Assembly (NCBI GenBank): GCA_015232395.1
Contig: JADFZT010000013.1
Location: 1,147 to 65,146, forward strand
Length of the DNA stretch: 64,000 bases
Reading direction: 5' to 3'
DNA from: Magnetococcales bacterium
GTDB taxonomy: Bacteria; Pseudomonadota; Magnetococcia; Magnetococcales; JADFZT01
Part shown: in pieces, positions 39,748-48,458 of the stretch
How the letters are laid out: every line of letters starts with the position of its first letter
How positions within the stretch are numbered: position 1 is the first letter of the stretch
The notes under the pieces: model-generated
Told to the model about the DNA's origin: nothing
Seen by the model: only the letters and a program-made list of their open reading frames with translations
Database searches by the model: none
Translations under genes and position numbers: made by a program

Positions 39748-42076
39748 GGGGCTCTCTCCTGGATTGGGCTTCGGCTTCGATGATCTGGCCGAAGGCGAGG
39801 GCTGCGTCGTTGCAGGGGATCTTCCGGTGGATCAGCAGTTGAAAGCCGTGTTGTTGGAGCAGATGGGCGGCCTCTTCGGTTAAAATCCGGTTTTGAAAGA
39901 CGCCACCGGTGAGGCCTGCGGTGGTCACCCCATATCGTTTTCGGATGGCCACGGCCTGGTCCACCAGCGCCCGGGCCAGGGTGGCGTGAACCAAGCGGGC
40001 GGATTCAATGGTGGTGCGGGCAGGGGTGGGCCACAGGGCGTGGAGGAGGGGCTGCCAATCGGTGATCAAGAGGCCGCTGGGGTCGGGCTTGAGCGGCAGG
40101 GGGATTCCCTCTTCCCCTTGCCCGGCTTGTTCGGCCAGGGTTTCCAGGTACATGGGGCCTTGGCCCTCAAAACTGGCGGTGGAGAGCACTCCCAGCAGGG
40201 CGGCGGCGGCATCGAACAGGCGGCCAACGGCGCTGGTGGCAGGGGTGTTGAGCTGCCGCTCCCAGGCGTGGCGGGCCAGGGCATGTTGGCTGGGGGTGGT
40301 GAAGGGGGCTCCGGGCCACTCAATCCCCGCTTCCCAGGCGAGCCCCAAAGCACTGCGCCAGGGCGCGCGGGCCGCTTGATCACCTCCCAGGGGTCGGAAG
40401 GGTCTGAACGAAGCCACCCGTTGCCAGCTGCCGGGCATGCCCAATAGTGCTTCTCCCCCCCACAGGGTGCCATCCGCTCCCAGTCCGACCCCATCCCAGG
40501 TAAACACCAGAAGAGGTTCCTCTCCCCAGCCATGCTCCCCAGCCAGGGCCGAGGCGTGGGCGTGGTGATGGAAGATCGGGATGACCGGCAAGTGGCTGCT
40601 TTGGCTCCATCGTGTGGCGTCATAGCCGGGATGGGCGTCACAGGCGATGCGTTGGGGTTCGATGGCATGGAGGCGGCTCAAATCAGCCATCACCTGCTTG
40701 AAAACCAGCATTCCCCGGGGGGTGGAGAGTTCGCCGATGTGGGGGGAGATCACCACCCGATTATCCCAGGCGAGGGCGATGCTGTTTTTCATCTGCCCCC
40801 CCACCCCCAGGAGTGGGGTTTTGACGGCATGGGGCAGGGCCAGTTCCAGGGGGGTGCAGCCGCGCCCCAGGCGCAAGGGTTGGGGGTGATTTTCGATCAC
40901 CCGAAAGAGGGGATCATCCGCCGGGCGGAGAATCGGGCGGTCGTGATGCAAAAATCCTTGAGCCACATGGCCCAAACGTTGGATGACCTCCTGGGAATGT
41001 GTGAGGACCGGTTCACCGCTGATGTTGCCGGAAGTGGCTACCAGAGCGCTGCCGAATGTCTCCAACAGCAGGTGGTGCAGGGGGGCGTAGGGGAGCATCA
41101 GCCCCACTTCCCCAAGAGCCGGGGCGATGGCTCGGGAGAGGGGGGCGTCCGGACGTTTGGGAGCCAGGACGATGGGCCGCATGGGATGGCAGAGTTGCCG
41201 GGCGTGCATGTTGTTCAGGGATGCCAGGGTGCGGGCCTGCTCCAGGCCATCCTCACCCGCCATGGGCACCATCACCGCCAGGGGTTTGTGGGGGCGGGGT
41301 TTGTGGCGGCGCAGGTGGTGGATGGCGGCGTCGTTTTGGGCATCGCACAGAAGGTGATAGCCCCCCACGCCTTTGACCGCCACCACCAGCCCCCCATGCA
41401 ACGCCCTGATACAGGCTGCCAAGGCGGCATCGGAGACCGCTTCGGGGTGGCTTGTGGCGTTTGTGGCGTTTGTGGCGCTTGGGCCGTGCCAATAGAGTTT
41501 GGGGCCACACGCCGGGCAGGCCAGGGGTTGGGCGTGAAAGCGACGATCCAGGGGATTTTCATATTCGGTTCGGCAGTCGGCACAGAGGGGGAAACCGGCC
41601 ATGGCGGTGTGGGGCCGGTCGTAGGGCAGCCGCTCGATGAGGGTATAGCGGGGGCCGCACTGGGTGCAGTTGATAAAGGGATAGCGATAACGCCTGGCCT
41701 GGGGGTCGTGCATTTCGGCCAAGCAGTCGTCACAGGCAAAATAGTCCGGGGGAATGGCGGCCCGGGTGGCGGGGCCTTGGGCGCTTGGGAGAATGATGAA
41801 TTCATCCTGGTGGGGCTCCCACTCCGCCTCCATGATGGACTCCAACCGGGGCTGGGCCAGGGGCGGGGGAGTGGCCAGCAATTCCCGGTTGAAGGCGGTC
41901 AGGGAGTGGGGAGCCCCCTGAATAAAAATATCCACGCGACCGGCTACGTTGCGCACCCAGCCCGTGAGGCTGTGCCCATGGGCCAGGCGATAGACAAAGG
42001 GCCGGAAACCCACCCCCTGCACACCCCCGCTCAGGGTGATGCGTTGGGCTTGGCGTTTCTGGTCACCGGCTGCCAT
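39737..42076 (-). CDS. hypF: Carbamoyltransferase HypF
   Basis: Acylphosphatase domain (GGVQGVGFRPFVYRLA), two Zn-finger CxxC pairs (CDDCLAE...CTQCGPRY; CADCRTE...CPACGP), and YrdC-like and Kae1-like domains. The start chosen here (MAAGDQKRQ...) gives a 14-nt overlap with hypD. The longest ORF starts at 42157. Confidence 0.9.
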   Translation of the reverse strand: MAAGDQKRQAQRITLSGGVQGVGFRPFVYRLAHGHSLTGWVRNVAGRVDIFIQGAPHSLTAFNRELLATPPPLAQPRLESIMEAEWEPHQDEFIILPSAQGPATRAAIPPDYFACDDCLAEMHDPQARRYRYPFINCTQCGPRYTLIERLPYDRPHTAMAGFPLCADCRTEYENPLDRRFHAQPLACPACGPKLYWHGPSATNATNATSHPEAVSDAALAACIRALHGGLVVAVKGVGGYHLLCDAQNDAAIHHLRRHKPRPHKPLAVMVPMAGEDGLEQARTLASLNNMHARQLCHPMRPIVLAPKRPDAPLSRAIAPALGEVGLMLPYAPLHHLLLETFGSALVATSGNISGEPVLTHSQEVIQRLGHVAQGFLHHDRPILRPADDPLFRVIENHPQPLRLGRGCTPLELALPHAVKTPLLGVGGQMKNSIALAWDNRVVISPHIGELSTPRGMLVFKQVMADLSRLHAIEPQRIACDAHPGYDATRWSQSSHLPVIPIFHHHAHASALAGEHGWGEEPLLVFTWDGVGLGADGTLWGGEALLGMPGSWQRVASFRPFRPLGGDQAARAPWRSALGLAWEAGIEWPGAPFTTPSQHALARHAWERQLNTPATSAVGRLFDAAAALLGVLSTASFEGQGPMYLETLAEQAGQGEEGIPLPLKPDPSGLLITDWQPLLHALWPTPARTTIESARLVHATLARALVDQAVAIRKRYGVTTAGLTGGVFQNRILTEEAAHLLQQHGFQLLIHRKIPCNDAALAFGQIIEAEAQSRREPHDR

Positions 42077-43142
42077 GGCTCCACCAGATGCGGCAGGCCC
42101 CTTCATCGGAAACCATGCAGGGGCCAATGGGGGTTCGGGGGGTGCAGGGTTTGCCATAGAGGCGGCAGAGGTTGGGGGGAATGCGCCCCATCACCACCTG
42201 GGCGCAGTCGCATCCCGGCGGCATGGCTCCGGCGCGTTTGCGGTCAGCGTCCGGTTGGATGCCAAAACGCTTGCGTGCGTCGTATCGATCCCAGGGGGGG
42301 CGGAGTTGGAACCCCGATTGCGGGATGATTCCCAACCCCCGCCAGGGGGCATCCACAACCGTCATGATGTCGTTCAACAGGCTTCTGGCTCCGGGGTTGC
42401 CGCCGGGATGCACCGACGCGGGATAGCAGTTGTCCACCAAAACTGTCCCTTCCCGAATCTGTTTCAGGAGAGAGTGGAGGGCAGCCAGCATCGACTCCGG
42501 TGTGAATCCGGCCACCGCCACCGGCAGTCCGTGATCCCGGGGAATAAATGCCCACTCCTCAGGCCCCATCACGGTGGCTACATGGCCTGGGGCCACCAAG
42601 CCATCAAAGTGGGCCTCTCCCGATGCCAGCAGCCCGGCCACGGCGGGCCAGGTGAGGCGGGCGGCCAGCAAAACCGACAGATTGTCCGGGGGGTTTTGCG
42701 CGAGCATGGCAGCCACCGGGGCGGTGGTGGTTTCGAACCCGGCGGCCAAAAACACCAGCTGCCGTTGGGGGTGTGCTTCGGCCCACCTGGCGGCTTCTGT
42801 GGGGGAAGCCATGGGTAGAATGGTGCCCCCCCGGGCTCGGGCTTCCTCCAGGGAGCGGGCCTCCTTGGGGGAGACGTTGACCGGTGCCCGCAACATATCC
42901 CCGAATGCCGCCACCGCCACGTCTTCTTTCAGGGCGAGCTGGATGGCGGCAAAAATATCCTCCTCGGGGCAGACGCAGACCGGGCAGCCGGGGCCGGGAA
43001 TCAAGGTGATGTTTTTGGGCAGAACCGAGCGCAATCCCGCCTCGGAGATAACCCGTTCGTGCCCGCCGCAGACGTTCATGATCCGCACCATGTGGTCCGG
43101 GGCGATGGCGTGAATCCCCTTGAGCCAGGCCCGGGCGCTCAT
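42063..43142 (-). CDS. hypD: Hydrogenase maturation protein HypD
   Basis: 359 aa. Motifs CGGHE, GPGCPVCV and the C-terminal Fe-S Cys cluster. Confidence 0.95.
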   Translation of the reverse strand: MSARAWLKGIHAIAPDHMVRIMNVCGGHERVISEAGLRSVLPKNITLIPGPGCPVCVCPEEDIFAAIQLALKEDVAVAAFGDMLRAPVNVSPKEARSLEEARARGGTILPMASPTEAARWAEAHPQRQLVFLAAGFETTTAPVAAMLAQNPPDNLSVLLAARLTWPAVAGLLASGEAHFDGLVAPGHVATVMGPEEWAFIPRDHGLPVAVAGFTPESMLAALHSLLKQIREGTVLVDNCYPASVHPGGNPGARSLLNDIMTVVDAPWRGLGIIPQSGFQLRPPWDRYDARKRFGIQPDADRKRAGAMPPGCDCAQVVMGRIPPNLCRLYGKPCTPRTPIGPCMVSDEGACRIWWSHGSR

Positions 43143-43885
43143 GGGGAGATGCCGGTTTGGGCCAGCAGCCAGTCGACCCAGGGGGTGAGGGTCGCGGGAT
43201 CTTTGATGGACGTTTCCAGCAGGGGTGCGGGATTGGCCAGATGCCGGAAATATTTTTCAGCCCGGCGAGGGTCAAAATCTTCCAGGTAAGGGAGTAGATC
43301 GGTCTTGGTGATCAAGAGCAGGTCAGCCGTGCGAAAGATGACCGGATATTTGGCCGGTTTGTCATCCCCTTCGGTGGTGGAGAGCAGCACGACATTTTGG
43401 TGGCAGCCCAGATCATAGGTGGCAGGACAAACCAGATTGCCGACATTTTCCACAAACAGAATATCCACCTCGGTCAGATCCAGATCGTGGAGGGCGTGAT
43501 GGACCATTTTGGCATCCAGATGACACGCACCGCCGGTGGTGATCTGGATGGCGGCAACCCCTTTGGCACGAATGCGTCGGGCATCGTTTTCGGTCTCCAG
43601 ATCCCCTTCGATCACAGCCATTTTCAGCCGCCCCCCCAAGGCATCGATGGTGGCTTCCAGCAGAGCGGTTTTGCCGGCACCCGGCGAGGACATCAGGTTG
43701 ATCGCCACGACGCCATTTTTTGCAAAGTGGTGGCGGTTATGGGCCGCCAGCCGATCGTTTTCAGCCAGCAATCCCCGCAGCATCTGAACCGCGCCATCCG
43801 CTGATCTCCCAGCTTCATCCATCGGCTGCGCCGTTGCGCTGTTATCCGACCTGACCGTCACCCCGCATCCACAGCTATCGCACAT
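43139..43885 (-). CDS. hypB: Hydrogenase nickel-incorporation GTPase HypB
   Basis: N-terminal CxxCGC metal site (MCDSCGCG), P-loop SSPGAGKT, ENVGNLVCP motif. Confidence 0.95.
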   Translation of the reverse strand: MCDSCGCGVTVRSDNSATAQPMDEAGRSADGAVQMLRGLLAENDRLAAHNRHHFAKNGVVAINLMSSPGAGKTALLEATIDALGGRLKMAVIEGDLETENDARRIRAKGVAAIQITTGGACHLDAKMVHHALHDLDLTEVDILFVENVGNLVCPATYDLGCHQNVVLLSTTEGDDKPAKYPVIFRTADLLLITKTDLLPYLEDFDPRRAEKYFRHLANPAPLLETSIKDPATLTPWVDWLLAQTGISP

Positions 43886-43908
43886 GGTGCTTCTCCCTTG
43901 GTTTGCTC

Positions 43909-44051
43909 AGAGGCTGTTTGGTGATTGCGTCCTGCTTGCCGCGGCGGCGTTAAAATCGTGCTCAAATCCTCACGTACTGGAGTACGCTCCGGTTTTCCGC
44001 GCGATTTTGCCTTGCCGGGGCGGCGCAATCCACAATCACCAAACAGCCTCT
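43909..44051. repeat. 143-bp MITE-like palindromic element filling the hypA-hypB intergenic region
   Basis: 19-bp perfect terminal inverted repeats AGAGGCTGTTTGGTGATTG (43909-43927) and CAATCACCAAACAGCCTCT (44033-44051). Further internal complementarity and a central CGTAC..GTACG palindrome. A shorter related copy lies at 58062-58122. Confidence 0.75.
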
Positions 44052-44410
44052 CAGGAAACGGTTTCGTTGATCTCCATCTCTACCGATGCCAACAGCAGGG
44101 CATCGCCGCTGATCAAGCGGGTGTGCCAGCCACCGCAGGCCAGGCACAACAGGGCGTTGGGGGTGGCGTCGCTCTCTTGGTCGCACGCCAGACATTTGAT
44201 CCGCACCGGATCGGGCTCAATCTCCAGCTTGGCATCCCGGGCAATGGTCCCGGCGCGACCAATCAAAAAGGCGCTGGCCAGGAGTGCTGGCTCCACCCCG
44301 GAAAGGGGACCGATGCGCACCGTTATGCGCAGGACCTTTTCCGCCCCATGGCTCCGGGCGCTTTCGCTTACTTCCTGGATCAACGCCTGACACACCGAAA
44401 GCTCATGCAT
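44051..44410 (-). CDS. hypA: Hydrogenase nickel-insertion protein HypA
   Basis: MHELS N-terminus (Ni site) and two CxxC pairs (CLACD...CLACGG) forming the Zn site. Confidence 0.9.
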   Translation of the reverse strand: MHELSVCQALIQEVSESARSHGAEKVLRITVRIGPLSGVEPALLASAFLIGRAGTIARDAKLEIEPDPVRIKCLACDQESDATPNALLCLACGGWHTRLISGDALLLASVEMEINETVS

Positions 44411-44425
44411 GACCCATCCTTTCTC

Positions 44426-44671
44426 TCAGGAAGAGGGGCTGCCAGCGGTTTCCTGGTCGAGCATTTCATCCAGCAGTGCCCAGGAGGAGCGCGCCTCGGT
44501 TTCGGTCATTTTTTGGATGGCATAGCCCACATGAACAATCACATGATCCCCCACAGAGAGGGATTCATGCTGTAACAAAAACAGGCTGACGGTGCGTTCC
44601 ACGCCCCGGGCGGCACAGGTGGCGTTCAGGTGGTCGATGTGGGTGATCTGCATGGGGATGCCCAGACACAT
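44426..44671 (-). CDS. hypC: Hydrogenase assembly chaperone HypC
   Basis: The canonical MCLGIPMQI N-terminus begins at the internal ATG at 44671. The 28 codons upstream in the track ORF are unlikely to be translated. Confidence 0.9.
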   Translation of the reverse strand: MCLGIPMQITHIDHLNATCAARGVERTVSLFLLQHESLSVGDHVIVHVGYAIQKMTETEARSSWALLDEMLDQETAGSPSS

Positions 44672-44907
44672 GGTTTTTATCCTTTTTTTTGTCTGGTGAG
44701 GACGTCTCGGCCCTCTGGAGGTGGTCGGCATGGACAAAAAATTATATCTCTCCATGGAACCATCGGGCTAATTTACACCTCTATACGGTATAAGAGTTTC
44801 AGGAGGTTCTAAAGTTCCAGACCGGGAGAGGGAACGCATGATCTGAAGAGATTATAAAAGATGGGGGGGGTGGCGCATCACCAGGTTTGAGCAACAGAGG
44901 ATGATCT

Positions 44908-45444
44908 ATGAACGCCAACATCCTGATATTGGGTATCGGAAACCCCCTCTTGACCGATGACGGCATCGGCCTGCTCGCCATCTCACATCTGCGTGAAAAA
45001 CTCTCTTCCTTGCCAAACATCGTCCCGGTGGATGTGGGGATTCCCTCCTTCCAACACCTGGACGCCATCACCCGCACCGACCATCTGATTGTGGTCGATG
45101 CCGCACTGTTCAATGCCCCGCCGGGAACCATTCGTGTTTTGACCGGGGCTGCCATGGATCACATCCTTCACAGCGGAAAACGCAGCGCCCATGAGGTGGG
45201 TATGGGCGATCTTCTGGATATGGCGCGTTTGTTGGGAAAACATCCCCAAAAACGCGCCCTCGTCTGTATACAGATCGGCGATCTGGCTTGGGGCGACGCC
45301 CCAACCCCGGAAGTGGTCGCCGCTCTGCCCCAAGCGGCTCAAACCGTTTGGTCCCTGGCTAAAGCGTGGTCGGCTGGGGGCCTCTCTCCCGCAATGAAGG
45401 AGTCGACTCATGGCCAAACTTCCAACAGTGGGGAGCGCCTTTGA
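44908..45444 (+). CDS. [NiFe] hydrogenase maturation endopeptidase (HyaD/HupD/HoxM family)
   Basis: ILILGIGNPLLTDDGIG...VVDA...H N-terminal pattern typical of the family. Directly upstream of, and overlapping, the small-subunit gene. Confidence 0.85.
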   Translation: MNANILILGIGNPLLTDDGIGLLAISHLREKLSSLPNIVPVDVGIPSFQHLDAITRTDHLIVVDAALFNAPPGTIRVLTGAAMDHILHSGKRSAHEVGMGDLLDMARLLGKHPQKRALVCIQIGDLAWGDAPTPEVVAALPQAAQTVWSLAKAWSAGGLSPAMKESTHGQTSNSGERL

Positions 45445-46501
45445 TTCCCTGGGGGTGACCCGCCGGGAACTGCTGCGTTTCAGCGCGACGGCAGCAGCTC
45501 TGCTGGCCTTGCCCACCACCAGCGTGACAGCCCTGGCCGATGCCCTGGTGCGGGCAAGGCGGCCTTCGGTCATTTGGCTCTCGTTTCAGGAGTGTACCGG
45601 CTGTACCGAATCCCTGACCCGGGCCCATGCACCGACCATCGAGGAGCTGATTTTACAGCTGATCTCCCTGGACTATCACCACACCCTGCAGGCCGCCTCC
45701 GGCCAAGCGGCGGAAGAGGCCCGCAAGGCCGCGATGGCGGAAAATTTTGGCCGCTATATCCTGGTGGTGGATGGTGCCCTGCCCCTCGATCATCCCGAAT
45801 ATTCCACCATCGCCGGGATCGACAACCGGACGATGCTGGAGGAGAGCGCCAAAGGGGCCGCTGCGGTGATTGCGGTGGGGAGCTGTGCTTCCTTTGGCGG
45901 ACTCCCGGCTGCCCAGCCCAATCCCACCGGGGCGGTGCCAGTCAGCGCCATTGTGACGGACAAGCCTCTGCTTCACCTGCCGGGCTGCCCTCCCATTCCT
46001 GCTGTGATCAGTGCGGTGGTGGCCCACTTTTTGACCTTCAGCACCCTGCCCGAACTGGATGGCCAACTGCGCCCGAAAGCCTTCTATGGCGAAACCATCC
46101 ACGACCGCTGCTATCGGCGTCCCTTTTATGACCAGGGTCTCTTTGCTGAATCATTCGATGACGAAGGAGCGCGCCAGGGATGGTGCCTGTTTAAGCTGGG
46201 TTGCAAAGGCCCCACCACCTACAACGCCTGCGCCACCCTGCGCTGGAATCATGGCACCAGCTTTCCCATCCAGTCGGGGCACGGCTGCCTGGGTTGCTCC
46301 GAAGCCAGGTTTTGGGATGCCGGAGATTTTTATAAGCCGATCTCCACCCCCATCGAACCGGTGGATCAGGTCATGCGGGCAGCGGCTGTGGGTGGGGCCG
46401 GGGTAGGGGGGGCGTTGATTGGAAACAATCTCAGGCAGCGTCGCCAGGCGGAAAAAGCGCACCAACCGGTAGGGATCGATGATCTGGAGAAAGAGTCATG
46501 A
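45410..46501 (+). CDS. hynS: [NiFe] hydrogenase small subunit (Tat-exported, Isp-type operon)
   Basis: Twin-arginine leader (VTRRELLRFSATAAALLALP). Proximal cluster motif ECTGCTES, and medial/distal Cys/His ligands (CPPIP, HDRCYRR, GCKGP, GHGCLGC). Confidence 0.9.
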   Translation: MAKLPTVGSAFDSLGVTRRELLRFSATAAALLALPTTSVTALADALVRARRPSVIWLSFQECTGCTESLTRAHAPTIEELILQLISLDYHHTLQAASGQAAEEARKAAMAENFGRYILVVDGALPLDHPEYSTIAGIDNRTMLEESAKGAAAVIAVGSCASFGGLPAAQPNPTGAVPVSAIVTDKPLLHLPGCPPIPAVISAVVAHFLTFSTLPELDGQLRPKAFYGETIHDRCYRRPFYDQGLFAESFDDEGARQGWCLFKLGCKGPTTYNACATLRWNHGTSFPIQSGHGCLGCSEARFWDAGDFYKPISTPIEPVDQVMRAAAVGGAGVGGALIGNNLRQRRQAEKAHQPVGIDDLEKES

Positions 46502-47166
46502 ACGCCCTGCCGATGGATCTACTGTTATGGGCCCGGGGGCCGGGCATGACCCTGGCTCTGGTCATCCTGGTTGGTGGTTTGGTGGTGCGTCTGTTGGAAA
46601 CCATCAGCATGGGCCATCGGGGGTGTTTGGCCCCCCCTGTCACCAATGGCAGCGCCTCCTCCGGGGTTACCACCCTCTGGCGGCGTTTTGGCGTGCCCCC
46701 CGGCATGCTCAAGCGAGCGCCGATCACCTATCTGGGAGGCTATCTGTTTCACGTTGGGTTGTTGATCACGATTTTTCTGTTCGTTCCCCACATCGCTTTT
46801 TTCAAGGAGGTGATCGGCCTCTCCTGGCCCGGGTTGCCCAACCTGTGGATCGACCTTGCCACCATCGCTGCCTTGGCGGGGATGATCATGCTGTTGGCCG
46901 ACCGTTTGATCCATCCGGTCAAGCGGTTTCTCTCTACCTTTGAGGATTATCTGGTCTGGACCCTGACTTTTTTGCCACTGCTGACAGGCTATCTGGCCTT
47001 TCACCACCAGGGGTTGGCCTATGAGACCATGTTGGCGCTTCATCTGCTGGCGGTGGAAGCGCTGCTGGTGGCGCTGCCCTTCACCAAGCTCATCCATGCC
47101 ATCACCGCCTTTGGGGCCCGTTGGTATACGGGAACCTGGTTTGGCAGAAAGGGGATTGCGTCATGA
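46498..47166 (+). CDS. isp1: Isp1: NarI/DsrM/HmeC-like dihaem cytochrome b membrane subunit
   Basis: 222 aa, five TM helices with conserved His. Sits between the hydrogenase small- and large-subunit genes, as in hynS-isp1-isp2-hynL operons. Confidence 0.75.
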   Translation: MNALPMDLLLWARGPGMTLALVILVGGLVVRLLETISMGHRGCLAPPVTNGSASSGVTTLWRRFGVPPGMLKRAPITYLGGYLFHVGLLITIFLFVPHIAFFKEVIGLSWPGLPNLWIDLATIAALAGMIMLLADRLIHPVKRFLSTFEDYLVWTLTFLPLLTGYLAFHHQGLAYETMLALHLLAVEALLVALPFTKLIHAITAFGARWYTGTWFGRKGIAS

Positions 47167-48446
47167 GCGCCACCTTTGCAAAAGGGCTGAACGCCTTCCG
47201 AACCTTTTTGGATGCGCCAGCCGCCACCTTTTTTTCCAGCTGTGTCCATTGCGGCCTGTGTGCCGAAAGCTGCCTCTTTTATACCGAAACCCAGGATCCC
47301 AAATATGCCCCGGTCCACAAGCTGGAGCCCTTGCGGCGTCTTTGGCAACAGGAGTTTACCCTCCTGGGGCGGCTCGGCAAGCTGCTGGGGCTGTTGAAAC
47401 CCCTCCGGGATCAGGATTTGGCAGCCTGGAGCGCGTTGGTTTTTGATTCCTGCACCATGTGCGGACGCTGCTCCCTGGTCTGCCCGGTGGGGATTGATCT
47501 GGTCTATCTGATTCGCCGCATGCGTGAGGGGATGGCGGCGGCTGGGCATGCGCCGTCGTCTCTGGTGGAGGCGACCCGGCGCAACGTTCGCCTGGGCAGC
47601 GCCATGGGGGTTTCCATCGAGACCCTTCAGGCCCAGATCAAACACCAGGAAGCAGCGTGCGGCCTGAAGATTCCCCTGGATCGGGAAAAGGCCGATGTGT
47701 TGATGCTGCTCTCCTCCATGGAGATCGTGCAGTTTCCGGAGATTATTGGCGCGGTGGCGCACATTTTTCATCAGGCCGGGGTCTCCTGGACCTTCTCTTC
47801 CAAGGCGTTTGAGGCCACCAACAGCGGCATCCAGATCGGGGTGCCGGATATCGCCCGCCAGATCGTTTTGCGTACGGTCGAGGAGGCCGAGCGCCTGGGG
47901 GTCACCACGGTGATTGCCCCGGAGTGTGGCCATGGCTTCCGCGCCCTGCGCTGGGAGGGGCCGGACCTGATCGGCAGGCCCTACCGCTTCCGGGTTTTGC
48001 ATCTGCTGGAAATGCTCGATGAGCTGCAACGGGATGGACGCCTGCCCTTGGGGCGTGGGGAAAAGGATCCGCGCCCCCTGACCTACCACGACCCTTGCCA
48101 GATCGCCCGCCGGGGAGGGGTGGTGAAACAGCCCCGGCGTCTCCTGGCCCGGATCGCTACTGATTTTCGGGAGATGGATGACAGCGGCCAATGGAATTGG
48201 TGTTGCGGCGGTGGGGGCGGGGTGAGCGCCGTGGAGCGGGCAGAACCCCTGCGCGCCAAGGCTTTCGGGCGCAAAAAAGAGCAGATCGAGGCGTTGGGGG
48301 TCCACACCCTGGTCACCGCTTGCGCCAACTGTCGAACCATCATCGAAGAGGATCTGGAAGCCTGTGATATGGAGGTGGAGGTGGTTGGGTTGACGGAAAT
48401 GGTCGCCCAGCATCTGCAAGAGACCACGGAAGACCAGATCGCCTGA
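47163..48446 (+). CDS. isp2: Isp2: DsrK/HmeD/HdrD-like Fe-S heterodisulfide-reductase-type subunit
   Basis: Two ferredoxin-type motifs (CVHCGLCAESC, CTMCGRCSLVCP). Two CCG-domain signatures (PECGHG; CCGGGGG...CANC). ATGA start/stop coupling with isp1 at 47163-47166. Confidence 0.8.
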   Translation: MSATFAKGLNAFRTFLDAPAATFFSSCVHCGLCAESCLFYTETQDPKYAPVHKLEPLRRLWQQEFTLLGRLGKLLGLLKPLRDQDLAAWSALVFDSCTMCGRCSLVCPVGIDLVYLIRRMREGMAAAGHAPSSLVEATRRNVRLGSAMGVSIETLQAQIKHQEAACGLKIPLDREKADVLMLLSSMEIVQFPEIIGAVAHIFHQAGVSWTFSSKAFEATNSGIQIGVPDIARQIVLRTVEEAERLGVTTVIAPECGHGFRALRWEGPDLIGRPYRFRVLHLLEMLDELQRDGRLPLGRGEKDPRPLTYHDPCQIARRGGVVKQPRRLLARIATDFREMDDSGQWNWCCGGGGGVSAVERAEPLRAKAFGRKKEQIEALGVHTLVTACANCRTIIEEDLEACDMEVEVVGLTEMVAQHLQETTEDQIA

Positions 48447-48458
48447 GGGAGAACCGTC

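Noticed and set aside
42077-42157. Longest-ORF start of hypF, which gives a 95-nt overlap with hypD
   Set aside because: The extra 27 residues are Pro/Ala-rich and precede the canonical acylphosphatase N-terminus. The internal ATG at 42076 gives a normal N-terminus and a short overlap.
40532-42328. 598-aa plus-strand ORF opposite hypF/hypD; likewise 39058-39783, 42036-42818, 42574-43113, 43925-44575
   Set aside because: Antisense to hyp genes that carry diagnostic motifs. Typical long open antisense frames in GC-rich DNA.
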